Positions 22,876 through 33,153 of a DNA stretch of 33,153 nucleotides are shown here, one piece after another. The stretch's first letter is position 1; each line of letters starts with the position of its first letter. Under the pieces are notes generated by a model. The model saw only the letters and a program-made list of their open reading frames with translations, was not told where the DNA came from and did no database searches. The position numbers and the translations under genes were made by a program. The stretch is from Lama guanicoe (Eukaryota), in assembly GCA_013239625.1 (NCBI GenBank), contig PNXV01000010.1, positions 1 through 33,153 of the forward strand, given 5' to 3'.

Positions 22876-22881
22876 AATAAA
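22876..22881 (+). promoter_or_regulatory. Candidate polyadenylation signal AATAAA in the EEPD1 3' UTR (first copy)
   Basis: First AATAAA about 500 nt after the stop; U-rich upstream and GT-rich gtgtgtgttttgtg about 55 nt downstream. Confidence 0.45.
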
Positions 22882-23489
22882 CAGAGATGAACCAGCCTGG
22901 CTGCAGTGAGAGCCCGGGGACAGTTCCCCTGCCGTGTGTGTTTTGTGCTCCCTTTGGATGCCCCTGGTGGGCTGTGGCCTGAGGGGTCCCGAACACAGTG
23001 CAACCCCCCAACCTCAGTCCCCAGGAGCCTGCTTCCTTTTCATCCCCGCCTGAGACCTTGCACAGGTGTCTGTCACAGCCACGTAGACCCCCTGAGACCT
23101 CTGTGTAATCTCAAATCATCTCCTGCCTCCCAGAGCGCGCATCTTCTGACTTTTGGTCAGACCGTCTGTTATGTGTGTTATTACATTTGTGCCTCCAGAT
23201 CCAGTGCAGGTTCCCTTGTGCTGGGGGACAATTCCATCAGAACGATGTCCTTTACTCTTTCCCTCCCTCCGTCCCTCCCCACTCCACCCCCTTTCCGTGT
23301 CCCCGCCCTCCCAGCCTCTAGCCCAGAGCCTCCCTCTGCTGCTTCTGAGGAATAGCTGTTGATTCTGGACCCACAGGGAGCCTGGGAACACTGGGGGAGG
23401 GAGGGTCCTTCTTTGTCGGTGGGTGTTGGGGGCCGGGAGCACGTGTTAACTGCCACCAGGCACCCTTCCCTTCCTTGCGTTGGGTTCTC

Positions 23490-23640
23490 ACTGAGGTCCC
23501 TGTGAGACCAAGATGATGATGCCCATTTCACAGCCGAGGAAACTGAGGCTGAGGGAGCTTCACATGAAGGTCACTCAACTAGTAAGTAAATAGACAAGAT
23601 CCACGCTCAGTCCAAAGCGCATGCCTATGGGTCAACCCTG
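23490..23640 (-). mobile_element. MIR SINE fragment (duplicated at about 25710-25860)
   Basis: gatgcccatttcacagccgaggaaactgaggctgaggg...aaggtcactcaactagtaagt. Confidence 0.8.
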
Positions 23641-23746
23641 TGCTGCCAGAAGTAGTGTGTCAGAGAGAATCAACACAGAGAGTGAACATGTGAGCCGTGA
23701 CCCGGCTCCTTGCAGTTTACCACGGACTCTGAGGGCTTAGCCCTCC

Positions 23747-23981
23747 TCCAGCACTGAACACGGCATGGACCACCAGCATCACGCTGTGGGAACCCAGGGA
23801 CGTGATGGCCTGTTTTCCACCAAAGGCCACCTTTGGGGCCACCTGGCTCCAAGGAGCACCACTATCCAGCACTGAACACGGCATGGACCACCAGCATCAC
23901 GCTGTGGGAACCCAGGGACGTGATGGCCTGTTTTCCACCAAAGGCCACCTTTGGGGCCACCTGGCTCCAAGGAGCACCACT
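23747..23981. repeat. Nested perfect tandem duplication: 117-bp unit x2 separated by one A (23864)
   Basis: tccagcactgaacacggcatgg...aaggagcaccact at 23747-23863 and 23865-23981; single unit at 25967-26083 in copy B. Confidence 0.97.
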
Positions 23982-24544
23982 GGTCATTGGCATAAGAAGG
24001 AAGTCCTTTCTGGGGGCTCCAGGTGTACCTGGGTGTCAGCCACGCCCACTCTGAGGGAGTGTCTCTCCAGTGGGAGGGTGAGTGGCACCTGGAGGCACTG
24101 AACCTGTGAGGGCTGAGCCTTGACCCAAAGCAGCTGAGTTAGAGTGAAAAGTCATGGCAGGTTGGAAAGGGTGCTTCCCTGCTGAGCTGACTCATCTAAA
24201 GCTAAAACCTCCACCTGCATTCAGCAGCCAGCTGCCTCGAGTCCTTGCAGCCAGATTTCTGCCCCAAAACTGGGGGAAGAAAAGGCTCCTCAACTGTGAA
24301 GAGGTAAAAGAAATTCAGTTGAATGACCTCTGGCTCATTTGGTTTGAGCCAGAGGCTGGGGAGCTGCATTACAGTGGCCACACCTCACAGGCAGGGTGGG
24401 CTCGGCCTCTTTGCTTCTGACATCCAGGGCCGGCTCGGGGAGCCTGGCCACAAGGGGCCGCTGGTCTTGCTCTGGGCCCAGCCCTCTTGAGTTTTCTTTT
24501 TGGATCTTTTGTTTGTGTTTTGTTTTGTTTTGTTGTCATTGTCT

Positions 24545-24927
24545 TTAATTAATAGACTTTATTTTTAAGAGTAGTTTTAGGTTTATGGAAAACTTGAGCA
24601 GAAAGTAGCCCCCCAAGCCCTGTACAGTTTCCCCTATTACTAATGTCTTGCATTAATGTGATACATGTGTTAACCGTTGATGAATTAATATCGGTATATT
24701 ATTAACGAAGCCTGTAGTTTACACGAGGGCTCGCTCTTTGTACTCCATGTGGGTTCTGACAGAAGCATGTTGACATCCGTCCACCTTACAGAGCATGCAG
24801 AATAGTTTCTCTGATCTAAAAATCCCCTGTGTTCCACCTGTTCATCTCTCCCCCTCCCCCGGCAACCAGTGATCTTTCTACGTCTCCCTAATTTTGCCTT
24901 TTCCAGAATGTCATGTAGTTGGAAGCA
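24545..24927 (-). mobile_element. L1MC-like 3'-end fragment truncated by the duplication junction
   Basis: aatagactttatttttaagagtagttttaggtttatggaaaacttgagcagaaagta...ttttgccttttccagaatgtcatgtagttggaagca, then an abrupt switch to 3' UTR sequence. Confidence 0.85.
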
Positions 24928-25095
24928 AGCAGGGAGTGGGAGATGCCGGGCCGCCGGGACCTGCCCGAGGGCTGCCGGGAGCTCTCCTCTCTGCCCACCA
25001 GTCTGCGATGTTCTGGCTGCAGATCACATAAAGCTTTTAACTTGAGCAGTCTTCTCAAACATTTTGAGTGGTGGCTTTTAGTTTTGTTTTGAAAA

Positions 25096-25101
25096 AATAA
25101 A
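25096..25101 (+). promoter_or_regulatory. Duplicated candidate polyadenylation signal AATAAA (second copy)
   Basis: Same context as 22876-22881, offset 2220 nt, inside the large tandem duplication. Confidence 0.4.
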
Positions 25102-26646
25102 CAGAGATGAACCAGCCTGGCTGCAGTGAGAGCCCGGGGACAGTTCCCCTGCCGTGTGTGTTTTGTGCTCCCTTTGGATGCCCCTGGTGGGCTGTGGCCT
25201 GAGGGGTCCCGAACACAGTGCAACCCCCCAACCTCAGTCCCCAGGAGCCTGCTTCCTTTTCATCCCCGCCTGAGACCTTGCACAGGTGTCTGTCACAGCC
25301 ACGTAGACCCCCTGAGACCTCTGTGTAATCTCACATCATCTCCTGCCTCCCAGAGCGCGCATCTTCTGACTTTTGGTCAGACCGTCTGTTATGTGTGTTA
25401 TTACATTTGTGCCTCCAGATCCAGTGCAGGTTCCCTTGTGCTGGGGGACAATTCCATCAGAACGATGTCCTTTACTCTTTCCCTCCCTCCGTCCCTCCCC
25501 ACTCCACCCCCTTTCCGTGTCCCCGCCCTCCCAGCCTCTAGCCCAGAGCCTCCCTCTGCTGCTTCTGAGGAATAGCTGTTGATTCTGGACCCACAGGGAG
25601 CCTGGGAACACTGGGGGAGGGAGGGTCCTTCTTTGTCGGTGGGTGTTGGGGGCCGGGAGCACGTGTTAACTGCCACCAGGCACCCTTCCCTTCCTTGCGT
25701 TGGGTTCTCACTGAGGTCCCTGTGAGACCAAGATGATGATGCCCATTTCACAGCCGAGGAAACTGAGGCTGAGGGAGCTTCACATGAAGGTCACTCAACT
25801 AGTAAGTAAATAGACAAGATCCACGCTCAGTCCAAAGCGCATGCCTATGGGTCAACCCTGTGCTGCCAGAAGTAGTGTGTCAGAGAGAATCAACACAGAG
25901 AGTGAACATGTGAGCCGTGACCCGGCTCCTTGCAGTTTACCACGGACTCTGAGGGCTTAGCCCTCCTCCAGCACTGAACACGGCATGGACCACCAGCATC
26001 ACGCTGTGGGAACCCAGGGACGTGATGGCCTGTTTTCCACCAAAGGCCACCTTTGGGGCCACCTGGCTCCAAGGAGCACCACTGGTCATTGGCATAAGAA
26101 GGAAGTCCTTTCTGGGGGCTCCAGGTGTACCTGGGTGTCAGCCACGCCCACTCTGAGGGAGTGTCTCTCCAGTGGGAGGGTGAGTGGCACCTGGAGGCAC
26201 TGAACCTGTGAGGGCTGAGCCTTGACCCAAAGCAGCTGAGTTAGAGTGAAAAGTCATGGCAGGTTGGAAAGGGTGCTTCCCTGCTGAGCTGACTCATCTA
26301 AAGCTAAAACCTCCACCTGCATTCAGCAGCCAGCTGCCTCGAGTCCTTGCAGCCAGATTTCTGCCCCAAAACTGGGGGAAGAAAAGGCTCCTCAACTGTG
26401 AAGAGGTAAAAGAAATTCAGTTGAATGACCTCTGGCTCATTTGGTTTGAGCCAGAGGCTGGGGAGCTGCATTACAGTGGCCACACCTCACAGGCAGGGTG
26501 GGCTCGGCCTCTTTGCTTCTGACATCCAGGGCCGGCTCGGGGAGCCTGGCCACAAGGGGCCGCTGGTCTTGCTCTGGGCCCAGCCCTCTTGAGTTTTCTT
26601 TTTGGATCTTTTGTTTGTGTTTTGTTTTGTTTTGTTGTCATTGTCT

Positions 26647-27150
26647 TTAATTAATAGACTTTATTTTTAAGAGTAGTTTTAGGTTTATGGAAAACTTGAG
26701 CAGAAAGTAGCCCCCCAAGCCCTGTACAGTTTCCCCTATTACTAATGTCTTGCATTAATGTGATACATGTGTTAACCGTTGATGAATTAATATCGGTATA
26801 TTATTAACGAAGCCTGTAGTTTACACGAGGGCTCGCTCTTTGTACTCCATGTGGGTTCTGACAGAAGCATGTTGACATCCGTCCACCTTACAGAGCATGC
26901 AGAATAGTTTCTCTGATCTAAAAATCCCCTGTGTTCCACCTGTTCATCTCTCCCCCTCCCCCGGCAACCAGTGATCTTTCTACGTCTCCCTAATTTTGCC
27001 TTTTCCAGAATGTCATGTAGTTGGAAGCATACATACGTAGCCTTTTCAGACGCTTTTTCACGTAACAACCTCCCTTTAAGTTGCTTTTGTGTCTTTCCAG
27101 GACCTGAGAGCTCACTTCTTGTTATTGCTGAATAATGTTCCATTGTATGG
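26647..27150 (-). mobile_element. L1MC-like 3'-end fragment (uninterrupted copy)
   Basis: Same sequence as 24545-24927 but continues ...gttggaagcatacatacgtagccttttcagac...gctgaataatgttccattgtatgga. Confidence 0.85.
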
Positions 27151-28010
27151 AATTTTTCTGCTTGGCCTTCAGATTGTTTCTAAGCCCCTGCCCTTCTCCA
27201 GAGTTTTCTACCACTTCCTCTCCCCAAATACAGCATCTCTCTCCGATTCTCCCCTCCCCATTCTTTCCTTCCTTCTCCTGCTGTCAGGATTGTCCAGGAA
27301 GAGGCCCAACTGTGGAACCACTTTGTCAGAGAAGCCAAGGCGTGTCCCCTGATGCTGAGCTGGGTTTCTGGAAGGAGGTGGGGCATGGGGAATTAAGTGC
27401 TAGGGAAGCCTTGAGAGCCCCCAGCTGCCCCTTTCCCCCTGCCCCAATGGAACCTTTGTCTCCTGCGCGCTGCCCCGCAGGAGACCCTGTGATGGGAGAG
27501 CCCAGCCCTTTATGCAGGAGCCCATCAGAGGCCCGCAGCCATGTAGCTCAGTCCTGCTGCCCCAGCCCTGCCCTGTAACAGACTTAGCCCTCCTGAGCCT
27601 CAAATAACGGGGCCCATGCTGTGACTCCCTCACAGCTGCTCTGGGGATGTCAGGGGGAGCAAAACAAGTGGGGTCCTTGGTAGAGGGCTGCGTTCTGCCA
27701 AAGCCAGAGGGATGTCACTGTCTTCTTTGTGTTTCTCTGGGCCTGATGGTTGGAGTTCTCCTCCAGTGCAGATACCTCGTCCCACTCGAGAGCCCAGACA
27801 CCTGGGCTGTCAGAGTCTGTGTCGTCACCCAGCCTGGCTGACGTCCCCGCCACCTGTGGATGGGAGGTAAGTGCACCTCACCTGAGGCCACCACGGAGTT
27901 TGCTTTCGGAGCAAAGGAATTAATGGCTGCAACACCACTCACTCATCTTACACTGGCTCCCATTCTCACATGATCCTTGTCCTCTCTTCATAGCTCCTTT
28001 AAGCACTTTA

Positions 28011-28152
28011 CACTTTTTTTGCATTTGAACTATAGTTTATTTACAATGTTGTGTTAGTTTCAAGTGTATAGCAAAGTGATTCAGTTATGTGTATATATAC
28101 ATTTTTTTCAGATTCTTTTCCAGTATAGGTTATTACAAGCTATAGTTCCCTG
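28011..28152 (-). mobile_element. Short, younger L1 3'-end insertion (artiodactyl-type L1 tail) with target-site duplication
   Basis: T-run, then tatagtttatttacaatgttgtgttagtttcaagtgtatagcaaagtgattcagttat...ggttattacaagctatagttccctg; TAAGCACTTTA at 28000-28010 and 28153-28163. Confidence 0.85.
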
Positions 28153-28330
28153 TAAGCACTTTATATTTTGAAGTGCTTTATTCCTCAGAAGAGTCCAGTA
28201 AAGTTGGTACTGTTATCGGTCATGGATTCCTTTTACAGATGAGGAAACTGAGGCACGGAGGAGGTAAGAGTCGAGGGCCATCAACCAGGAGTGGCAAAGC
28301 TGATGGGAGCCAGGCCATCCAGTGCCCACA
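28153..28330 (-). mobile_element. MIR SINE fragment (host of the L1 insertion)
   Basis: ccttttacagatgaggaaactgaggcacggaggaggtaag. Confidence 0.8.
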
Positions 28331-28469
28331 TCCCACGATTGCCACCACGCTCGGTTTTGGAGTCTGCTCACTGCTTCCGCTAAGCCTGAGCTGGACGCAG
28401 ACAGTGCAGATGCAGAGTAGGGGCACAAATCACCCGAGGACCCCAGGAGTGAGGTCACTGCTCTGTGGC

Positions 28470-28665
28470 CACAAGCCCAGGGTTTGGAGCCAGCGGACCC
28501 GGCCACTGAGTCCCGGCTTTGCCATGTCCGAGCAGCTGGCCCTGCACATTCTGCTTGTCTGGCTGAGTCTCAGTTTTCTCCTCTGTTAAATAAAGATAGA
28601 AGCCCCCAGGGTTGTAAATAGTTAAAATCATCTATAAAGTTCTTAGCGCACTGTCTGAGCATAGG
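28470..28665 (+). mobile_element. MIR SINE
   Basis: gggtttggagccag...gagtcccggctttgcca...ctgagtctcagttttctcctctgttaaat...gggttgtaaatagttaaa...ttagcgcactgtctgagcatag. Confidence 0.7.
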
Positions 28666-29429
28666 GCGCAACTCCAGGGAGAGCTCTGGTCACATGGTGT
28701 GAACTCAATCAGCAGCAGAATTTTAAAATTATGTTAAATGATTTATTGTGGTTTATATTTTATTCCTAGATTCTGTCTGTTCTGCTCAACTGGAATATGA
28801 GCTTTGTGGCTTCCCAACAGTCTGTGATCCTCAACTGAACACTGGTCTAGCTGGGCCCTTGGAAATCAGGACCACCACCCAGGAAAGACTGTCACAAGGA
28901 CACATTTCACTGAAAAAGACCCGAAGTCTTGGTCAGGGTCCAAGACTGCCTGCCCCTCGCAGCTGCCCCTGGTGGAGAAACTAGGTAGCACACTCCGTGC
29001 ATCATCTCCCAGGGATGACACCTGGGACTTGTTTTGTTTGAGTTGACAGGTGGTAGCAGACGGACTCCAGGCTCTCGGAAGGAATGGACATAGCATCTTA
29101 CGTGGCATCACCGCTGGGCTAACGATGGGGACATTTAACCTTTGAAAGTCTCCCTTCCCAGCCGTGCGGAGTGATGGAGCCTTTCCCCAGCAAAGAGCCA
29201 GGCTAGGGAAGTAGCTGCCAGCTCCCGCCTCCGAGGCGCTTCCCCACCCGCCCGTGCGCCTTTAGCCCAGAGGCAGGATTTTCATCAAACTTACAGAATT
29301 AAAAGCTCAAGTTTTCTAGAAGCTTTAAGATGAATAATCGGATAGTCTACCTCTTCCCCTCCCCGCTGAGCAGTAAATATAAGAGGATTGAGTAGAGCTT
29401 AAAATCTAAAGGATACTTAAATTTACAAA

Positions 29430-29525
29430 TTGTGGATAGTTGTTGAAGCTGGGTGGTGGGAACACAGGGGTCCATTTACTCTTCTTTCTACTTTTGTGTG
29501 TTTGAAACTTTTGTGTGTAATCACA
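29430..29525 (+). mobile_element. Old L1 (L1ME/MD-like) 3'-end fragment
   Basis: gatagttgttgaagctgggtggtgggaacacaggggtccatttactcttctttctacttttgtgtgtttgaaacttt. Confidence 0.7.
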
Positions 29526-29649
29526 ATGAAATAAATGCATAAATAATCAAAAGCCCAAGCAAAATAAATAAATAAATAAAAGACATTACAACACTCAGCT
29601 GTCCGACTCCAAAGGCCTTCTTTTAAAAGTTCTTCAGGGGAGAGGTTCA

Positions 29650-30060
29650 TAATTGAGAGCAAACACAGAAAAACTTGTATGGCAGAGATATAAAGCGCTG
29701 TGTCATTAGAGGAAGAGAGTATGTTTTCACCTGGAGGCAAATCTGAGGTCTTCCTGGGGGCGGTGTCCCTAAGCTTAATCTTGAATGGGCAGGACTGGGG
29801 GTGCAGGGGGTGAGCAGGAGATGGCATTCAGGGCAGGGGGTACTGAGGGCAAGGGTGCGGAGGAGGGAAGGGTTCCGTATAGGTCACTCTGGCAAGAGTT
29901 TATGATGTGTTGAGAGAAGAAGACCAAACAGAGCCAGAGGCCAGATTTTAAAAGTCAGTGGGCTAAGGAGCTGGGAGGCTGTTCCGCAGGATTTGTGCAA
30001 AGCAGAGGCTGCAGCAGCAGTGCACAGGGAGTCTGGCGAGGAAAGTGCAGGTCATCACAC
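29650..30060 (-). mobile_element. Degenerate L2 LINE fragment
   Basis: ctaagcttaatcttgaatgg...gcattcagggcaggggg...gcaagggtgcggagg...ggccagatttt...gggctaaggagc. Confidence 0.5.
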
Positions 30061-30692
30061 TGGTCCTGGAGGAAGCAATGAAGCCAGGAGCGGAGCAGTG
30101 GTGGGCATGGAGGGGCGGGGACCAGAGGTGGGCTCTAGGGGGCAATGTTAAGTGGTAGGAGGGCATGAGTTCCAGTCCTGTCTTTGCCCTGACCAGCTGA
30201 GGGCAACCACTGGAGTACATGGCTGGACCCTAATGAGCTCCGTGGAGCTAGAGCCACATCTGTCTGGGGTAATCCTTGAGCTGACTTAACCATTTCAGGG
30301 ATATCGTGAGGCAGAACTGAGGTCGGGTTTTAAGGCACCACATGTGAAGCCTGGAGCACAGCAGTGCTGGCACAGAGCAGAGCCAGTGCCTGTGGGCAGA
30401 TTCAGTTGAGCTCCGGTGGCTGTAAGACAAGGTCTAGGTCATTGGAACTGCGCAGGGAAAGCTGCCCTTCCAGAGGCTTCTATGCCTGGGCTCCTGTGCT
30501 CCCATCAAGGCCAGGACACCCCTCCACGAGGACACACATTGTCTCAGGATGCCTTGGTTTCAGGCCTGACTACAAGGCCAGACTGTTCTCATCTAGAGAA
30601 GCTGGAGAATTCTGGCCCACTCTTGAAGATAATGATCATGATCATCACAATGACTCGGATGGTTTGTCGAGGGCAGGGGTCCTGTTACCCAG

Positions 30693-31128
30693 TATAATGG
30701 ATTGAATTATGTTCCCACCCAAAATGTGTTGAAGTCCTAACCCCTCTACCTCAGAATGTGACCCAATATGGAAATAGGGTCATTGCAGAGGTAATTGGTT
30801 AAGATGAGGTCACACTGGAGTAGAGTGGGCCCTTTGTCCAGTATGACTGGGGTCCTTATACGAAGAGAAGATAGAAACACGCAGGGAGGAACCCACATGA
30901 TGGTGGAGGCAGAGAATGGAGTGATGCATCTATAAGCCAAGAATTCCAACAGCAGAAGCAGGACAAGGCAAGAAAGGATGCTCCTTACAGGTTTCAGAGG
31001 GCACACGGCCCTGATGACTCCGTGATTTGGGACTTCTAGCCTCCAGAACTATGAGATGATACATTTCTGTTGCCTTAGGCCACCCAGTTTGTGGTACTTT
31101 GTGACAGCGTCCTCAGGAAAAAACTATA
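30693..31128 (+). mobile_element. Full-length solo MLT1 (MLT1B/C-like) MaLR LTR
   Basis: tataatggattgaattatgttccc...gttgaagtcctaacccc...cctcagaatgtgacc...ggacttctagcctccagaactatgaga...atttctgttg...ccacccagtttgtggtactttgtgacagc. Confidence 0.92.
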
Positions 31129-31659
31129 GTCATCTCTGCCTCTCCAGAACCTGGCACCTCACAGCATTTGAGGAGTGAGCGAATAAATGAAGCTTAGGGA
31201 GGGATGGCGGGGGGTGGCGTGAGCAGAAAGCAGCAGTGTGGGGTGAGACAAGAGAACGACTCAGCCCTGCGTGTCCAGTGGAACGGGTTGTGCTCACCTC
31301 TCGTAGGAAGGCTCTGTGGCCAAGAACGGCAGCAGATGGATGAAGGGAGGCACCAGGGCAGATCCTGAGGGGCAGGGAGAGGCCAGAGAGCCTAGAAGCC
31401 CCTGGAGGTGACCCGTGAAGCTGGCTTCTCACCTCAAGCATATCCCCTCTCCTCCCCTGCTCCAGCCCACACTCACTCCCACTCTGCAGTATCTGCATTC
31501 AAGCCAAGGCGCTATTCCCCCAACACTGGTCTGGCCCTGGGGAGCAGACCCCTGGAATGGTCCCAGGAGGAGCTGGAGCCCAGCAAGGCAGAGGGTACTG
31601 GTGAGATGAGAGGGAGGGAGGTGCTGAGAGGCACCAAGAGCTCAGCTGGAATACGTGTT

Positions 31660-31825
31660 ATAGGCCCAGGCTCCTGTTTAAATCCATCTAAAACTTACTA
31701 TTAATGTGACTTGGGGCAAGTTACTTGACCTTCCCTGAGCCTGTTTCCATATCTAAAAAATGGGGCTATGTCTACATACTCTGTAATATCATCCTAAAGG
31801 TGAAATGAAATATTAAATGTGTGTG
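31660..31825 (+). mobile_element. MIR SINE fragment
   Basis: acttactattaatgtgacttggggcaagttacttgaccttccctgagcctgtttccatatctaaaaaatgggg. Confidence 0.8.
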
Positions 31826-32152
31826 GTGCATCCTCCTTCTCCGCACCATCATCATCCTCTTCTGTGGTGGCCAAGCCTCTCTGGGAGAGGTAAGGGTTGG
31901 GGAGTTCCCCAACCATATCTCTGCCCAGATCTGGTGACAGCCCCCAGCTAAGCATGAGGAGACCCCTCGGGGTGAACCAACACTATAAAGATGGACATGA
32001 GGTCAGATGCCAGGGACTGACTGGGAGCTGGGTTTCAGGGAGACCTGACTGCCGCTGAGAAGCAGGCCATGTGCCTAAAACCAAAAGTGGGAGGACCCGT
32101 ATTGTGGAGGAGTTTGTTGGGCATAAAAGAGGCCACCTGTGGGGGTGGGGGA

Positions 32153-33128
32153 GGGTCAAATGGCACGAGGAGGCTTCACCTGGCACCTGTGGTTCTGAGG
32201 CACTTAATGGTGTCTGCTTACCAAGCTCAGCTCCCAACAGTAGCCAGTGATAAAAGTGCCCTGCCACCTCCACCATGATGAATTAACCAATTAAATGATT
32301 CTCATTGTGGGTGGGGAGCATTAAGGACTCAGGTGTTGCTGTGATAAGGAGTGCTGTTGGCCTGAAACACATCAAGCAGATAAAAGAGGCCTGTGGAAAA
32401 CAAGTGGCAGGTGGAGCTAAAGCAAAAGGGAAGTCCTGGGAGTATATCTGGTGGCCTCCTCCTCACTGGTAACTGCTTGGAGGCTGAGTAGCCCAGGCTG
32501 ACCCGGGAGTTGCTCCTGCAGCACACAGACTGAAGGAAAGCACGGAGCAGAGTGCTGGGGGGTGGCAGGCCCCCAGCCACTGTGGGCCAGGGTGCAGTGC
32601 AGCCCAGAGCAGCAAGGACGAGCTTCGGAGGCAGAGGTGAGGTGCCGTCTGGGTCCCCCTGGGGTCTCCGTTCCTCCCTTCACCCCTGGATGGGGGCTGG
32701 AGGGGGACACTCTTTCCATCTCAGATGGGGGTGGCTGGGAGGCCAGGTTGGGCTTGGTAATATGGGAAATCCCAGTTGGTGAGAGCAGGGATGTTCACAG
32801 GCTGAAAGCAGCAGGGAAAGAGGGCACAGCCTTGTCCTTGTGTGGAGGTGCTCCAGGTGGCCTGGGAGGAAGGGAGGGAGGGAGGAGCTTGGGGGAGAGG
32901 AAAGGTCCCAGAAGAGATAGATGCCCCACATGCTGGCATTCTCCTGCTTCTTGGGGGTCAAACCACACAAGGCAGCCTTCACTTGGTGCTTTTGGTTCTG
33001 GGGCGCCTAACAGTGTCTGCACAGTCAGCGATGGAAGATGGGCTCCCCTAAGTGCCCCGCAGCCTCCATTATGATAAATCATTTAATTAAATGAGTTTCC
33101 TCACGGGTGGGGAGCATTAGGGCTCAGG
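32153..33128. repeat. Old diverged direct repeat pair: 32153-32333 and 32955-33128 (about 70-77% identical in two blocks)
   Basis: gggtcaaa...cttcac(c/t)tgg...tggttctg...gtgtctgc and aagtgccc...cctcca..atgat...aattaaatga...gggtggggagcatta...ctcagg are colinear in both copies. Confidence 0.8.
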
Positions 33129-33153
33129 CCCCAGGCTGAGGACCATTATTAGC

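Larger units (their letters stand above)
22708..27029. repeat. Large near-identical tandem duplication: copy A 22708-24927 (2220 bp), copy B 24928-27029 (2102 bp)
   Basis: Junction gtagttggaagca|agcagggagtgggagatg at 24927/24928. The only differences I found are A/C at 23114/25334 and an extra 118-bp unit in copy A. Confidence 0.98.

Noticed and set aside
22906..26522. Pairs of identical ORFs suggesting a duplicated gene cluster
   Set aside because: They are by-products of the 2.1-kb tandem duplication of non-coding UTR/flank sequence.
27150..33153. Exons of a downstream neighbouring gene
   Set aside because: I could not recognise any coding exon on either strand; the region is mostly old repeats and unique non-coding sequence.

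Overview
Mammalian (non-primate, non-rodent; probably laurasiatherian/cetartiodactyl) genomic DNA carrying the last five coding exons of EEPD1 (endonuclease/exonuclease/phosphatase family domain-containing 1) on the + strand: 10073-10183, 14171-14305, 16463-16601, 20766-20960 and 22175-22374 (stop). The 3' UTR and about 10 kb of downstream sequence follow. All splice sites are canonical AG/GT and there are no frameshifts, but two consecutive exons carry in-frame TAG codons (14303-14305 and 16562-16564) where the human protein, as I recall it, has Lys and Leu. This copy therefore looks like a recently inactivated EEPD1 pseudogene. The window also holds four head-to-tail tandem duplications (periods 219, 399, 2220 and a nested 118 bp) with blunt or single-A junctions, and an old diverged ~180-bp repeat pair at the right end. 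The rest is ancient interspersed repeats (MIR, L2, L1, MER5, MER103, MLT1), recognised by eye with approximate boundaries. ORF-track entries other than those overlapping the EEPD1 exons look spurious.
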